Below are positions 29,091-37,937 of a stretch of 64,000 bases of DNA, piece by piece (positions within the stretch are counted from its first letter, which is position 1; each line of letters starts with the position of its first letter). Made by a program: the position numbers and the translations under genes. Below the pieces are notes generated by a model. The model saw only the letters and a program-made list of their open reading frames with translations. It searched no databases and was not told the DNA's origin. Origin of the DNA: a virus; IMG/VR virus record IMGVR_UViG_3300027747_002638. One strand, 5' to 3'.

Positions 29091-29139
29091 AGATTAAATA
29101 TACCATACCTTTGTTTTTTCACAAGAAAAATCTTAAATT

Positions 29140-29214
29140 AAATCTCGTTGATGGTCAACGACTTACGCGCGCAGGGACCCGCCTTTTGTAACTACTTAAT
29201 AATCAAATACTTAT
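29140..29214 (+). repeat. 75-bp element copy 8
   Basis: aaatctcgttgatggtcaacgacttac-gcgcGCAGGGacccgcctttt-gtaactacttaataatcaaatacttat. Confidence 0.9.
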
Positions 29215-29655
29215 AATAGTTTAATCTTCTTGTTCTTTCCAATTAGGATGAGCTTTAACCCATTTATGCCAAACGATTTCCAAGCCAGCAAGATGCTTTT
29301 CTATTTCAGCAATAAGCCTTGGATCTTCATCTCGAAGAACCCTCTTCTCAAGTATTTTGCTTATTCTATTTTCGTTTTTCATATCAGTATATATTACAAT
29401 TATTTGTAAAATATTTCAACTATTTATTATATACTGTTAGATATTTAGGAAAATCTATTTTAGATGTGTAATTAGTATTTTGATTAACTCTTGTACTCCA
29501 CCCCAGCAAATCGTTAGCATTAAACATAAAATAAAAAACTCTACGCCAAATTTCTCAAAAACATTTCTCACATAAATAGAATACATTCTATTTTTTATTT
29601 AGAGAAAATATTTCGTAATGTCGCTCTCTTTAGTGCAAGTTTTCATAAAAATTCT

Positions 29656-29728
29656 CGCTCTCGGCAGGATTCAAACCTGCGATCTATTGATTAGAAATCA
29701 ATTGCATTATTCGCTATGCTACGAGAGC
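29656..29728 (-). tRNA. tRNA-Arg(TCT), non-canonical D/T loops
   Basis: GCTCTCG acceptor; ATTGA-TTTCTAA-TCAAT anticodon arm; GCAGG-TTTGAAT-CCTGC T arm. Confidence 0.8.
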
Positions 29729-29737
29729 GATAAAGTT

Positions 29738-29810
29738 TCGCCTAGGTCAGACTCGAACTGACACTTGAACGATTTTAAGTCGTTTGCCTCTGCCATTGGG
29801 CTACTAGGCG
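29738..29810 (-). tRNA. tRNA-Leu(TAA) with short variable loop
   Basis: CGCCTAG acceptor; AACGA-CTTAAAA-TCGTT; 5-nt V loop; GTCAG-TTCGAGT-CTGAC. Confidence 0.85.
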
Positions 29811-29816
29811 GATTGT

Positions 29817-30203
29817 TTAGCTGTCAGTATCTAACTTTTCAGCAGAAATAGTGCCGAGAGAATAGATGTCCTCGACTTGTGCTGTGCGAACAAAATGTTC
29901 GTTTGGAATATTATCAATAGTGTTCTTCACTCGATTCATAGCAACTGCTTTTAATCCACCTTTAGCACCACGGAACTTCTTTCCAAGTTTATCGCTCAAA
30001 CTACTCATAATATACTTAAACATCACTCGCTCCAACTTTTCGAGAGTAATCCAAAAATAAGCAAAGTCATTACTCATCCATTGAAGCTCTCCGTTTGTTC
30101 CACCCCAATTATAGACTCGATTGTGGAACTGCTGAATCTCGTCCTTGTTACCTTTAATTCCAATAACCCAATGTGCTCCGAGGTTTTGTTTCATTAATTT
30201 CAT
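29817..30203 (-). CDS. Hypothetical protein, paralog of 22532-22951
   Basis: YNWGGTNGEL, KGGL, YSLGTISAEK. Confidence 0.75.
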   Translation of the reverse strand: MKLMKQNLGAHWVIGIKGNKDEIQQFHNRVYNWGGTNGELQWMSNDFAYFWITLEKLERVMFKYIMSSLSDKLGKKFRGAKGGLKAVAMNRVKNTIDNIPNEHFVRTAQVEDIYSLGTISAEKLDTDS

Positions 30204-30331
30204 AGTTTATAGTTTATCCTGTTCTTGTTTTTTGTCAATACTTTTATTGTTAAAATACCAATCTATATCTTCTTGAGTTGTTTCTGTATGCTTACTATAA
30301 GAGTTGAGCATCCAATCCGCACAAGGAGAAG

Positions 30332-30403
30332 TGGGCAAGGCTGGACTCGAACCAGCACTAGGAGAATTATGAGTTCTCTGTTTCACCTTTAAACTACTTG
30401 CCC
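30332..30403 (-). tRNA. tRNA with CAT anticodon (Met or Ile2)
   Basis: GGGCAAG acceptor; GAGAA-CTCATAA-TTCTC; GCTGG-TTCGAGT-CCAGC. Confidence 0.85.
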
Positions 30404-30662
30404 CACTTTAGCAGGAAAGCTCGAAGGTTTTGGCACTTGAAAGAACTCTACTGCAAAAGCCTTGGCGTAATTTTCCAAGTCTTTCAGAGAGCAAGTCTCT
30501 TTCGGTGTGCACATGCGGATTGAGGTGTTTAGGATGATGGCTCGGTCTTTACCGAACACATTCACCACATAGAATGGAATTGTTTTGTTTGTCATAGGTT
30601 TAATATACAACAATTAGAGAAATAGTCAATAAAAATAATTCGTTGAATGATAAGGCTTTACA

Positions 30663-30753
30663 TACTAGGGGAAGGATTCGAACCTTCATTACGCTCAAAT
30701 CTAGAGCTTCACGAGTATAAGTCGTGGGTCTTAACCAGTTAGACGACCCTAGC
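30663..30753 (-). tRNA. tRNA with TAT (Ile) anticodon and long variable arm
   Basis: GCTAGGG acceptor; CACGA-CTTATAC-TCGTG; 22-nt V region with GCTC/GAGC stem; GAAGG-TTCGAAT-CCTTC. Confidence 0.85.
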
Positions 30754-30940
30754 AATCAACACCAAGCCGTAGCTCAATGTCAGCCTCCGAAGTTATCCAC
30801 CGATTTTCTTGATGGTAACTTTCGTTCCATCAGGCCAAGAGCGGATGACCTTACGCCAAAACTCCGCTTCTTGCTCGGCATCTTCCATCTTCGAGTGCAT
30901 ATCTTCACTCACACGGACTCCATCTCGCAAAACGATATAC

Positions 30941-31177
30941 TTAAGATTCATTTTCTACCTCCAATGCTACTGCGTTGTCAAACATTGAGCCACCATCTAC
31001 TGCATCACAAATAACGATGTCATTACTGCCATCATCACCAGCATATACAGCTCGTAGTTTTCTTGTTTGACTATGTTCTTTTTTTGTCCATTGACTCTCT
31101 GGAACGCCGAGGACTTGCAGAGCCTCAACTCTCTCTGGTGAAAGTGCTTCACCGCTTACTGCACATTTATATGTCAT
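30941..31177 (-). CDS. Degenerate TraR/DksA-zinc-finger-like protein
   Basis: CAVSGEALSPERVEAL resembles CxxCGExIxxxRLxA but lacks three of the four Cys. Confidence 0.4.
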   Translation of the reverse strand: MTYKCAVSGEALSPERVEALQVLGVPESQWTKKEHSQTRKLRAVYAGDDGSNDIVICDAVDGGSMFDNAVALEVENES

Positions 31178-31184
31178 AATCGGA

Positions 31185-31598
31185 TTATACCGCTAATTGT
31201 TCTGGTGTCAAGTGAATTTCTGCTGGGGGTTCTGGAAGAACATTATTCTTCCGAGGACGGCCACGGCCACGCTTCTCACCATTAGGCATAGTTGCAGTTG
31301 CAACATAAGCTGATAGTTTTTCTTTTAGTTGGATGAATCGTTTGTCTGCATCTTCACGATCAATACAAGTGAATGCCCAATCGCCCCATTGACTATCGCT
31401 AGGATACATTTCAGCAGGAGGCATCTTCACACCTGCAATTTCATATCCATTGTGACGCTTAATAGCAATCACTTCATAGTTAAAAGCTTCGCTGTCATCT
31501 TCATCGAGTTTCTTTTTATAGATAGCAACATCTCCATCACGACCAACCATCGTGAACTTAAATCCTCGACTGGTAAATGTTTCTTCAAGAGTTTTCAA
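31185..31598 (-). CDS. Hypothetical protein with AT-hook
   Basis: KRGRGRPRK near the C-terminus. Confidence 0.65.
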   Translation of the reverse strand: MKTLEETFTSRGFKFTMVGRDGDVAIYKKKLDEDDSEAFNYEVIAIKRHNGYEIAGVKMPPAEMYPSDSQWGDWAFTCIDREDADKRFIQLKEKLSAYVATATMPNGEKRGRGRPRKNNVLPEPPAEIHLTPEQLAV

Positions 31599-31765
31599 TT
31601 TTTACTCCTTTAGGAAGCCACGCTTCCAAAGTCAGACCTTCTCCAATATATCCGACTTGAGTTTCAGTTTTAGTTTTAGGGTCAGTTGCGTATAGTGCGT
31701 AGCCACCCTCCTTTAGTTTTTTGGCTTTAGTGATTTCCATTAGATAATCTTACTATACTTTTAGA

Positions 31766-32107
31766 TTAATTCAAGACAAAAATATCACGATTAATTACTC
31801 CAACCCATTTAGCTTTATATACAGGCTCTAGGGTATCAGAGTAAACAAAGCTATTAAACTTATAAGGATTATATGTTACTTTTCTTTCAGTTTGATCTAC
31901 TGGCCATCCATCGTCTGGTGTGCCACACACAAAAGCGTGAACATTCTTTCTTTGTTCTTTTAATACTCTGTTTCTACCAGCTTGACTCACTCTAAACTCA
32001 ACATCTTTCAAAAAGAATTCTGTGCTATGCTCTAATACTTTTCCTCTAAGCATAATAGAAAGACAATGCTTATGTAAATTATAATATACTTTATGCTTTG
32101 CTTTCAT
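31766..32107 (-). CDS. Conserved hypothetical phage early protein
   Basis: YYNLHK...VSQAGRNRVLKEQRKNVHAFV...YNPYK. Confidence 0.75.
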   Translation of the reverse strand: MKAKHKVYYNLHKHCLSIMLRGKVLEHSTEFFLKDVEFRVSQAGRNRVLKEQRKNVHAFVCGTPDDGWPVDQTERKVTYNPYKFNSFVYSDTLEPVYKAKWVGVINRDIFVLN

Positions 32108-32146
32108 CTCATAACTATAACATAAATAATATAAATGTCAAGCTAT

Positions 32147-32221
32147 GTAAACCTTTGATAGATAACGAGTTACAAAAGCGGAACCCCTGCCGTCGCAAGT
32201 GCTTGATAGTCAACGACTTAT
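32147..32221 (-). repeat. 75-bp element copy 9 (reverse)
   Basis: gtaaacctttgatagataacgagttac-aaaagcggaacCCCTGCcgtc-gcaagtgcttgatagtcaacgacttat. Confidence 0.9.
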
Positions 32222-32239
32222 GCATGATACAATAAGTGC

Positions 32240-32270
32240 AAAAAGAAGCGGAGGGTTTTGCCCTCCGCCT
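32240..32270 (-). terminator. Rho-independent terminator of the DUF932 gene
   Basis: gcggaggg-ttttg-ccctccgc with upstream A run. Confidence 0.7.
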
Positions 32271-32291
32271 CTGTTAAAGTTTCGTTTTAGT

Positions 32292-33149
32292 TTAGGCGAC
32301 CAGTTTCAAGAGGTCTTCGTCACGGGTTTTGCCCGAGAAGACTTTGAGCAAGTCAGTGCTGATACGCTCACTGTACTCGTAGCGTTCATCTGCAACATTA
32401 CGAGTTAGGAACTGAGTTGACGCATTGTACAAATTGTACAGGTTGCGATCAGTATCCTCCTCATAAGAAGGATTACGCCACACTGCTTCGATGCCTTCAC
32501 GCACCTTGGCAGAGATGATAGCCTTCTCCTCCAACTTGGTGAGCAAGGTCAAACCCTGCTCATCAGTGATTGCCTTCTGCGCTAACCTGTTAAAGATTGC
32601 TACAGAGGTATCAACACTGGAGACCGCATTAGCCAACGCATCACCAATAAAATCCAGATTGACAGCAAGAGTGTGCCTCTTGGTCATGCTGAACTCCTTG
32701 GTCAACGATTTCATTCCGTTAGTGCAAATCAAACGGAGGAAACCGAGGGTTAATGAGACACGACTGGAGCGGTCATAACTGTTGTTAACAGTCAATCGCA
32801 GTCCGAGAATGTCTCCCTTGGCACGCTTGCCAACTGGCTTCAATTCAGTCTTGAAGTCAGTGAAGTCATAGCTAGCGTAGAAACGAGCACCATCACGAAC
32901 CACAAACTTTTTGGAGTTGTAGTTAGCGAGCATACTGTTCTCCGATAGCGACTCTTCGACCATCGTTACGAGGTCTGCATTCTTCACCACACCATACTGC
33001 TCGGTGCAAACTCCGAGTGTCATGGGTTCGGCGGTGTCACGGCGCACCATGCCGAAGTATCCTGTCCTCTTGCCGTCTGTTGTGAGGAGTGGCTCTTGGT
33101 GTACATCGAAATCGTATACACTTTGAGCGGGTTTTGTTGTTCTAGCCAT
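32292..33149 (-). CDS. DUF932/DUF945-family protein
   Basis: VRRDT...LG...YGVVKN; NSYDRS...RLICTNG; NLYNLYNASTQ. Confidence 0.8.
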   Translation of the reverse strand: MARTTKPAQSVYDFDVHQEPLLTTDGKRTGYFGMVRRDTAEPMTLGVCTEQYGVVKNADLVTMVEESLSENSMLANYNSKKFVVRDGARFYASYDFTDFKTELKPVGKRAKGDILGLRLTVNNSYDRSSRVSLTLGFLRLICTNGMKSLTKEFSMTKRHTLAVNLDFIGDALANAVSSVDTSVAIFNRLAQKAITDEQGLTLLTKLEEKAIISAKVREGIEAVWRNPSYEEDTDRNLYNLYNASTQFLTRNVADERYEYSERISTDLLKVFSGKTRDEDLLKLVA

Positions 33150-33255
33150 ATGTTAATCATACCATACTTTTAACTTATGACAAGAACTTTTTTCGTGTCA
33201 TAAGATTCTGATACTCAAGTACTTGCCAATCCTGTGAAAGTTTTTTTATATTGTT

Positions 33256-33330
33256 GCAAGTGCTTACCTATCAACGACTTACGCGCGCAGGGAGCCCGCT
33301 CACGTAACTATATAATAATCAACTACTTAT
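33256..33330 (+). repeat. 75-bp element copy 10
   Basis: gcaagtgcttacctatcaacgacttac-gcgcGCAGGGagcccgctcac-gtaactatataataatcaactacttat; extra lone palindrome at 33200-33226. Confidence 0.9.
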
Positions 33331-33331
33331 G

Positions 33332-33784
33332 TCAAACTAAATTTAATTTATAATTACCTTTTCTATATTCTCTTACTTTCCTCTTAGCATATAAAGACGC
33401 ATCTACTTCACATAATTTAGCTCTAGTACCCATATTATATTTTCTTATCTTTTTAATGCCATGATAGAACTTATTCTTTTTATATTGATATAAGTGTCTT
33501 AATTCATGAGCAATTAATTCAATTAAACCTTCTTCCCAGCTATATGTTTCTACATTAAGATAGCCTCTTCTGCCTCCAGTATTATAAGGTCTAAGATACT
33601 TGCCATATCTAGGCACACCAATATGTACTCTCATGCTACCCCAAGCCCTGCCATGCCAATTTAATTTAGTATTACCAAAATCTATCTTTCTAATGTCTTT
33701 AAGAAATACGCCATCTGGCATACACCATTTAATAATTTCTTTTAACTTTTCAGAACAATAAGAGGTGCTATTAATTAACTTCAT
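33332..33784 (-). CDS. Zincin-like metallopeptidase domain protein
   Basis: IAHELRHLYQ plus downstream EVDA. Confidence 0.65.
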   Translation of the reverse strand: MKLINSTSYCSEKLKEIIKWCMPDGVFLKDIRKIDFGNTKLNWHGRAWGSMRVHIGVPRYGKYLRPYNTGGRRGYLNVETYSWEEGLIELIAHELRHLYQYKKNKFYHGIKKIRKYNMGTRAKLCEVDASLYAKRKVREYRKGNYKLNLV

Positions 33785-33809
33785 AAGTTAATAATATACT
33801 ATATTGAAA

Positions 33810-36800
33810 TTAAGTCAAGATGATAACTTCTGCTTCTATTCTTTTTCGCTCATTCTCCAAATCTCTCAGCATCTTTACCTGCTCATCCCAAACTCCAATC
33901 CCCTTTTCAACATCATAAATAATCTTGTACATATTATCTTTTATAGTTTTTAATTGATCTTCATATATCTTTTTCAGTTTGTTTTGTAGGTCTTGATAAG
34001 AATATGTCATATATTTATAGTATATTAAATTAATTAAATGTCAATCATCATTCATCATATCACTTAATAATATCAAAGGAAATAACAATATAAATAAAAC
34101 TATATTAACTAGACTCTTTAGTATCTTCACTATCTCTTATTACACTCCTAATAAGTAGCAATTCATCAAAGCATATTACTGGCTTTTCGTTTAGTATTTC
34201 AATGCAAAATAGGTTATTCATTGTAGCTAAAGTATATATAAATAACAAAAACAATACTTAATATAATAGCAAAAATTAAAGGTGCATTACTCATTAATCC
34301 ATTCCAATAGATGTTCTAGTTCGTGAATTGCACTCTCTAATAAATTAACCGCATCTTGATTATTATCATGCTCGACTTGTAGGGTTTTATATTCTACAAT
34401 CCTATCATTGATTTCTTTGACAATTTGCTCACTCGACTTCATCTTCATCTCCTTGTGTTAAAGTATAACCGCAAACTTCTAAAGCCAACTCTAGTGCTTT
34501 TTTATAGCTATTAGCTTTAATTATTTTCATGGGCTCTTGCATATCTGCACTTTGCCAAAGCTTAAACTTCATCTTCGTCCTCCTCTTCTTCCTCGACATC
34601 AATAGCTTCAAAGTTATAATCAACCTCATCCCAATCGAGCATAAAGCCATTAGCATCAGTGCAATTCTCAGCCATCTCTGTTGCCTTATCAACCGCTTCC
34701 TCATCTGATGTGGCCTCGACCTCGATGTCCACTTCTGCGATTTGGTTGCGTTGCATACGAATCGTGAATTTCTTTAGGGGTTTTTCGGTGTTGTTCATAG
34801 TTTTAATATACTCCTTTTATATTTATTGTCAAATTATATTTTTAGGAATCTCTATTTGCCACTTGCTAGTAATCCATTTAAGGATCTGATCTGACCAGTA
34901 ACCACTTACTATTTGAAACAAGTCTCTTTCGATTCTAATCCTATCAAAGCTATAATAGATATATTGATTAATTAAGTATGGTGCATCACACGAACCTCTG
35001 GTAATATGATTAGTAGAAATAACATCTATCTTAATATTAGTTAATGTTTTAGGAATAACTACCTTGATAGTTCCGCCAAGTGCTGTCTCGCCTATTTTGA
35101 ATGTTTTAGTCATAAATAGAATATAACCTAAATTATTATTTAGTCAATTAAATATTCTATATTGTTTCGCCGCTTTAATTAATTTCTTTCTTAATGATTC
35201 ATTGGTAACACTATATGAGCCACCCCAATCTGATCTCTTTATTTCTCTAAAGCATAATTCATTATTACCATCAAATGATTCTATTACTTCATAATCAGCA
35301 GGGCCAATCTTAAATTGATAATACATTTTAACACTTCTTGATGTTAAGGTAGGTTCAGAGTTTGTTTTTGTTGATGCCATATATTTAATATAACTTAAAT
35401 TATTATTTTGTCAAACCCTTTCCCACTTCGCGCCCCATCTATTTAATGCATCTTTTGCTTCTTTGAATGTTTTGAAATAAGTATATTGCGTTGGTTCACA
35501 ATGAGGAAACACTTGTTTAGCCATCCATACTTTCTTATTTAGTAATTTTTTATTATACTCGCCACCAAACAAATAAGGATTATTGTTTACTACGCGATCT
35601 AAAATATAACAAAATATCGTGGGCTTGTTGATATAGTTTGCTATGTATTGGTATGTGCTGTTCATATAATAAATATAACTCAAATTATTATTCAGTCAAG
35701 TAAATAAAATAAAGAAAAGCTATCCATCCACTCAAAGCTATAATAGTAATAGCCATAGCTTCTATAAAACATCTTGTTTTACTTTTGCTCTCTACAATAG
35801 GAATATCAGTCATCTATTTATATTAAGTTATTTATTATTTAAGTAAAGAAAAATATGGTTTCTGCGACACCAAAAAACGCTCAAAGGATATATGGTCAAG
35901 GTTAATTCCGCAATCCCCTCGACAACCAATCCTTGATTTCGTGCGGAAATCAACGTAGAAGGAACGAGAGAAATATACGGCGCCTCGCTTTCTCTCTTTG
36001 CACCCTTTCGCAACCGAGAGTGTGCCTTCTACTGTTCTTATAGTAATGTTTTTTTATTCTTTTGTCAAAACATTTTTTAATGTTTCAATTACGAATGAAA
36101 AAAGATTATTACAATCACCGAAGTCTAGGTTTTTTTCAATTTCTTTTTTGCTCATACGCTGTATTATACAGCAAATACAACAGATTGTAGAACAAAAATT
36201 ATTATTTTTTTAAAGTTGCTTGTATTTCCGAGGCTTTATTTAAATATTCTGATTCTTTTTGTAAGTCGTTAGATTGTTTATAAAGTTCTGCTATTTTTCT
36301 ATAAATAAAAACAATACTTTCTCTTGGTTGAGATTTTTTTGCATTTTCTTCTTTTTGTAAAAGTTGTTCTAGTGTTAGGTTGTTAGATCTCATCTACTAT
36401 AATATACACATCAAAGCTCATACTTTTGTTTTATTTTTTTAATAGATTCTATCTTTGAATTTAAGACTTTTTGATAATCTACTCCTAGCTTAAAACTTGT
36501 AGATGAATTAGACATTATTGATGTGAAATATGAGTATCTGCGTTCTTCTACATTATTATAAAATTTTTCTTCAAAAAATTCCTTTATCTTGGATTCGTTC
36601 TTTTTATTTATCTCGAGTTTTTCTTCAGTATTTTCAATTAAATCAGTCAAAGTAATTGAAACTATTGAATCTGGATCTACAGCTTTGATTTCTTCTGCGA
36701 AAGAATTTATATGATCTATACTTATGATTGGTTGCATATTATATTATATCTATTCCTATTATTATTTCTAATAAAATATGGTTATTCGGTACCACAAAAC

Positions 36801-37047
36801 GATCCTTTTATTTACAAGAAAAGGCACTCGATGACCACTATCACCTCACCAAACTTTTATATTTTCTCTTTTTAGATTTAAATGTCTTATATCTTTTCTT
36901 TAATCTGACCTTCTTATTGAACCAAAAACGAATAGGTTCTGGATCATAAGAATACAATCTAAATGTTTTAATTACTTTATTAGTAATGAAACATAAAGCC
37001 CCAGTAACACTAACAAACAGAATAGAAGCATTGATTAGTCCTTTCAT
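33810..37047 (-). other. Run of small hypothetical ORFs, many with their own sigma70-type promoter
   Basis: ORFs 33810-34010, 34562-34798, 34829-35113, 35144-35380, 35411-35683, 36202-36393, 36411-36737, 36841-37047. Confidence 0.6.
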
Positions 37048-37071
37048 ATTTTTATATTACTAAAGTTTAAT

Positions 37072-37419
37072 TTACTTTGCAAGCTCCACTTCGAGTTTCT
37101 TGGTCTTGCCCATCCAAGGTTCTGGCATAATATGTTTAAGCCAATCTTGCATAGATGGAATAAATCCCAAGTCCTCTGCTACATGTTGTTCGCCAACCCA
37201 ACGAGTAGGAATCTTTTTACCATTGGATAATGTGATGGTATTACCAAATATCCTCTCACACATAAAGATACCCTCTGCGTGATGTCTCAAAGCACGATGG
37301 CGAAAGTCTGCCATCATCATCTTACTCTCATCAAACCAATCGTGAATCCTCTGATAATCTTCTGGAGTTCCACCCCACTTCTTTGCTGATGATAATGAAT
37401 GGTGGTATGGATTAGCCAT
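37072..37419 (-). CDS. DUF6915-like protein
   Basis: MANPYHHSLSSAKKWGG...IHDWFDESK...RHRALRHH..GIF...EQHVAEDLG. Confidence 0.75.
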   Translation of the reverse strand: MANPYHHSLSSAKKWGGTPEDYQRIHDWFDESKMMMADFRHRALRHHAEGIFMCERIFGNTITLSNGKKIPTRWVGEQHVAEDLGFIPSMQDWLKHIMPEPWMGKTKKLEVELAK

Positions 37420-37937
37420 TAGAAACTCTCCTCGCTAGTCCGAACCTCCTCTATCCTCTCATTGTATTCGAGACGCACCTTGCGAGTAGAGACATCAAAG
37501 TAGAATGTTCCATAGCTACCTTCGTTAATCTCCCAACCTCCGTGACTTGCACCTAACTTATCATAGCATATCTCTTCGATAATCTCTCTGACATTTCCTT
37601 CTCTAGCTTCTGTCAAAACCATCTCTTTTTTCTTTTCGTCCCATTGGTGATAAGATGTTTTAGCTGAACCTTTAACAATAACCTTATCAAGATATGCTTC
37701 GTCTATACCCTTGCCATTAGCGTCTGTATAATCTACTGCTTCGATTTGTCCAGAGTCTCCGCAACCTTCAAAATCTACTTCAATAGTAGAGACTTTTGTT
37801 TGTGCTAGAGTATCGAATAATAGATTAGTATGATACTTTACTCTATCTCCTTTTTTGATTTGGTCTGCTTTAATTTGTGCCATGATGTCATCCATCTTTG
37901 GCATCTTGATTTTTTTAGATTTAGATGTTTTGCTCAT
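37419..37937 (-). CDS. DUF6878-like protein
   Basis: FEGCGDSGQIE...GWEINEGSYG; adjacent to the DUF6915-like gene. Confidence 0.7.
   Translation of the reverse strand: MSKTSKSKKIKMPKMDDIMAQIKADQIKKGDRVKYHTNLLFDTLAQTKVSTIEVDFEGCGDSGQIEAVDYTDANGKGIDEAYLDKVIVKGSAKTSYHQWDEKKKEMVLTEAREGNVREIIEEICYDKLGASHGGWEINEGSYGTFYFDVSTRKVRLEYNERIEEVRTSEESF

Noticed and set aside
22187-33330. CRISPR array interpretation of the 27-bp palindromes
   Set aside because: The repeats are degenerate and paired, the 21-bp core is conserved rather than unique, units are separated by ~1 kb of genes, and no cas genes are present.
22187-33330. Integron attC cassette array or Xer dif/pdif sites
   Set aside because: There are no RYYYAAC/GTTRRRY ends, orientations are mixed, there is no integron integrase in the window, and the 12-3-12 arms do not match the 11-6-11 XerC/D layout. 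A novel recombination site is not excluded.
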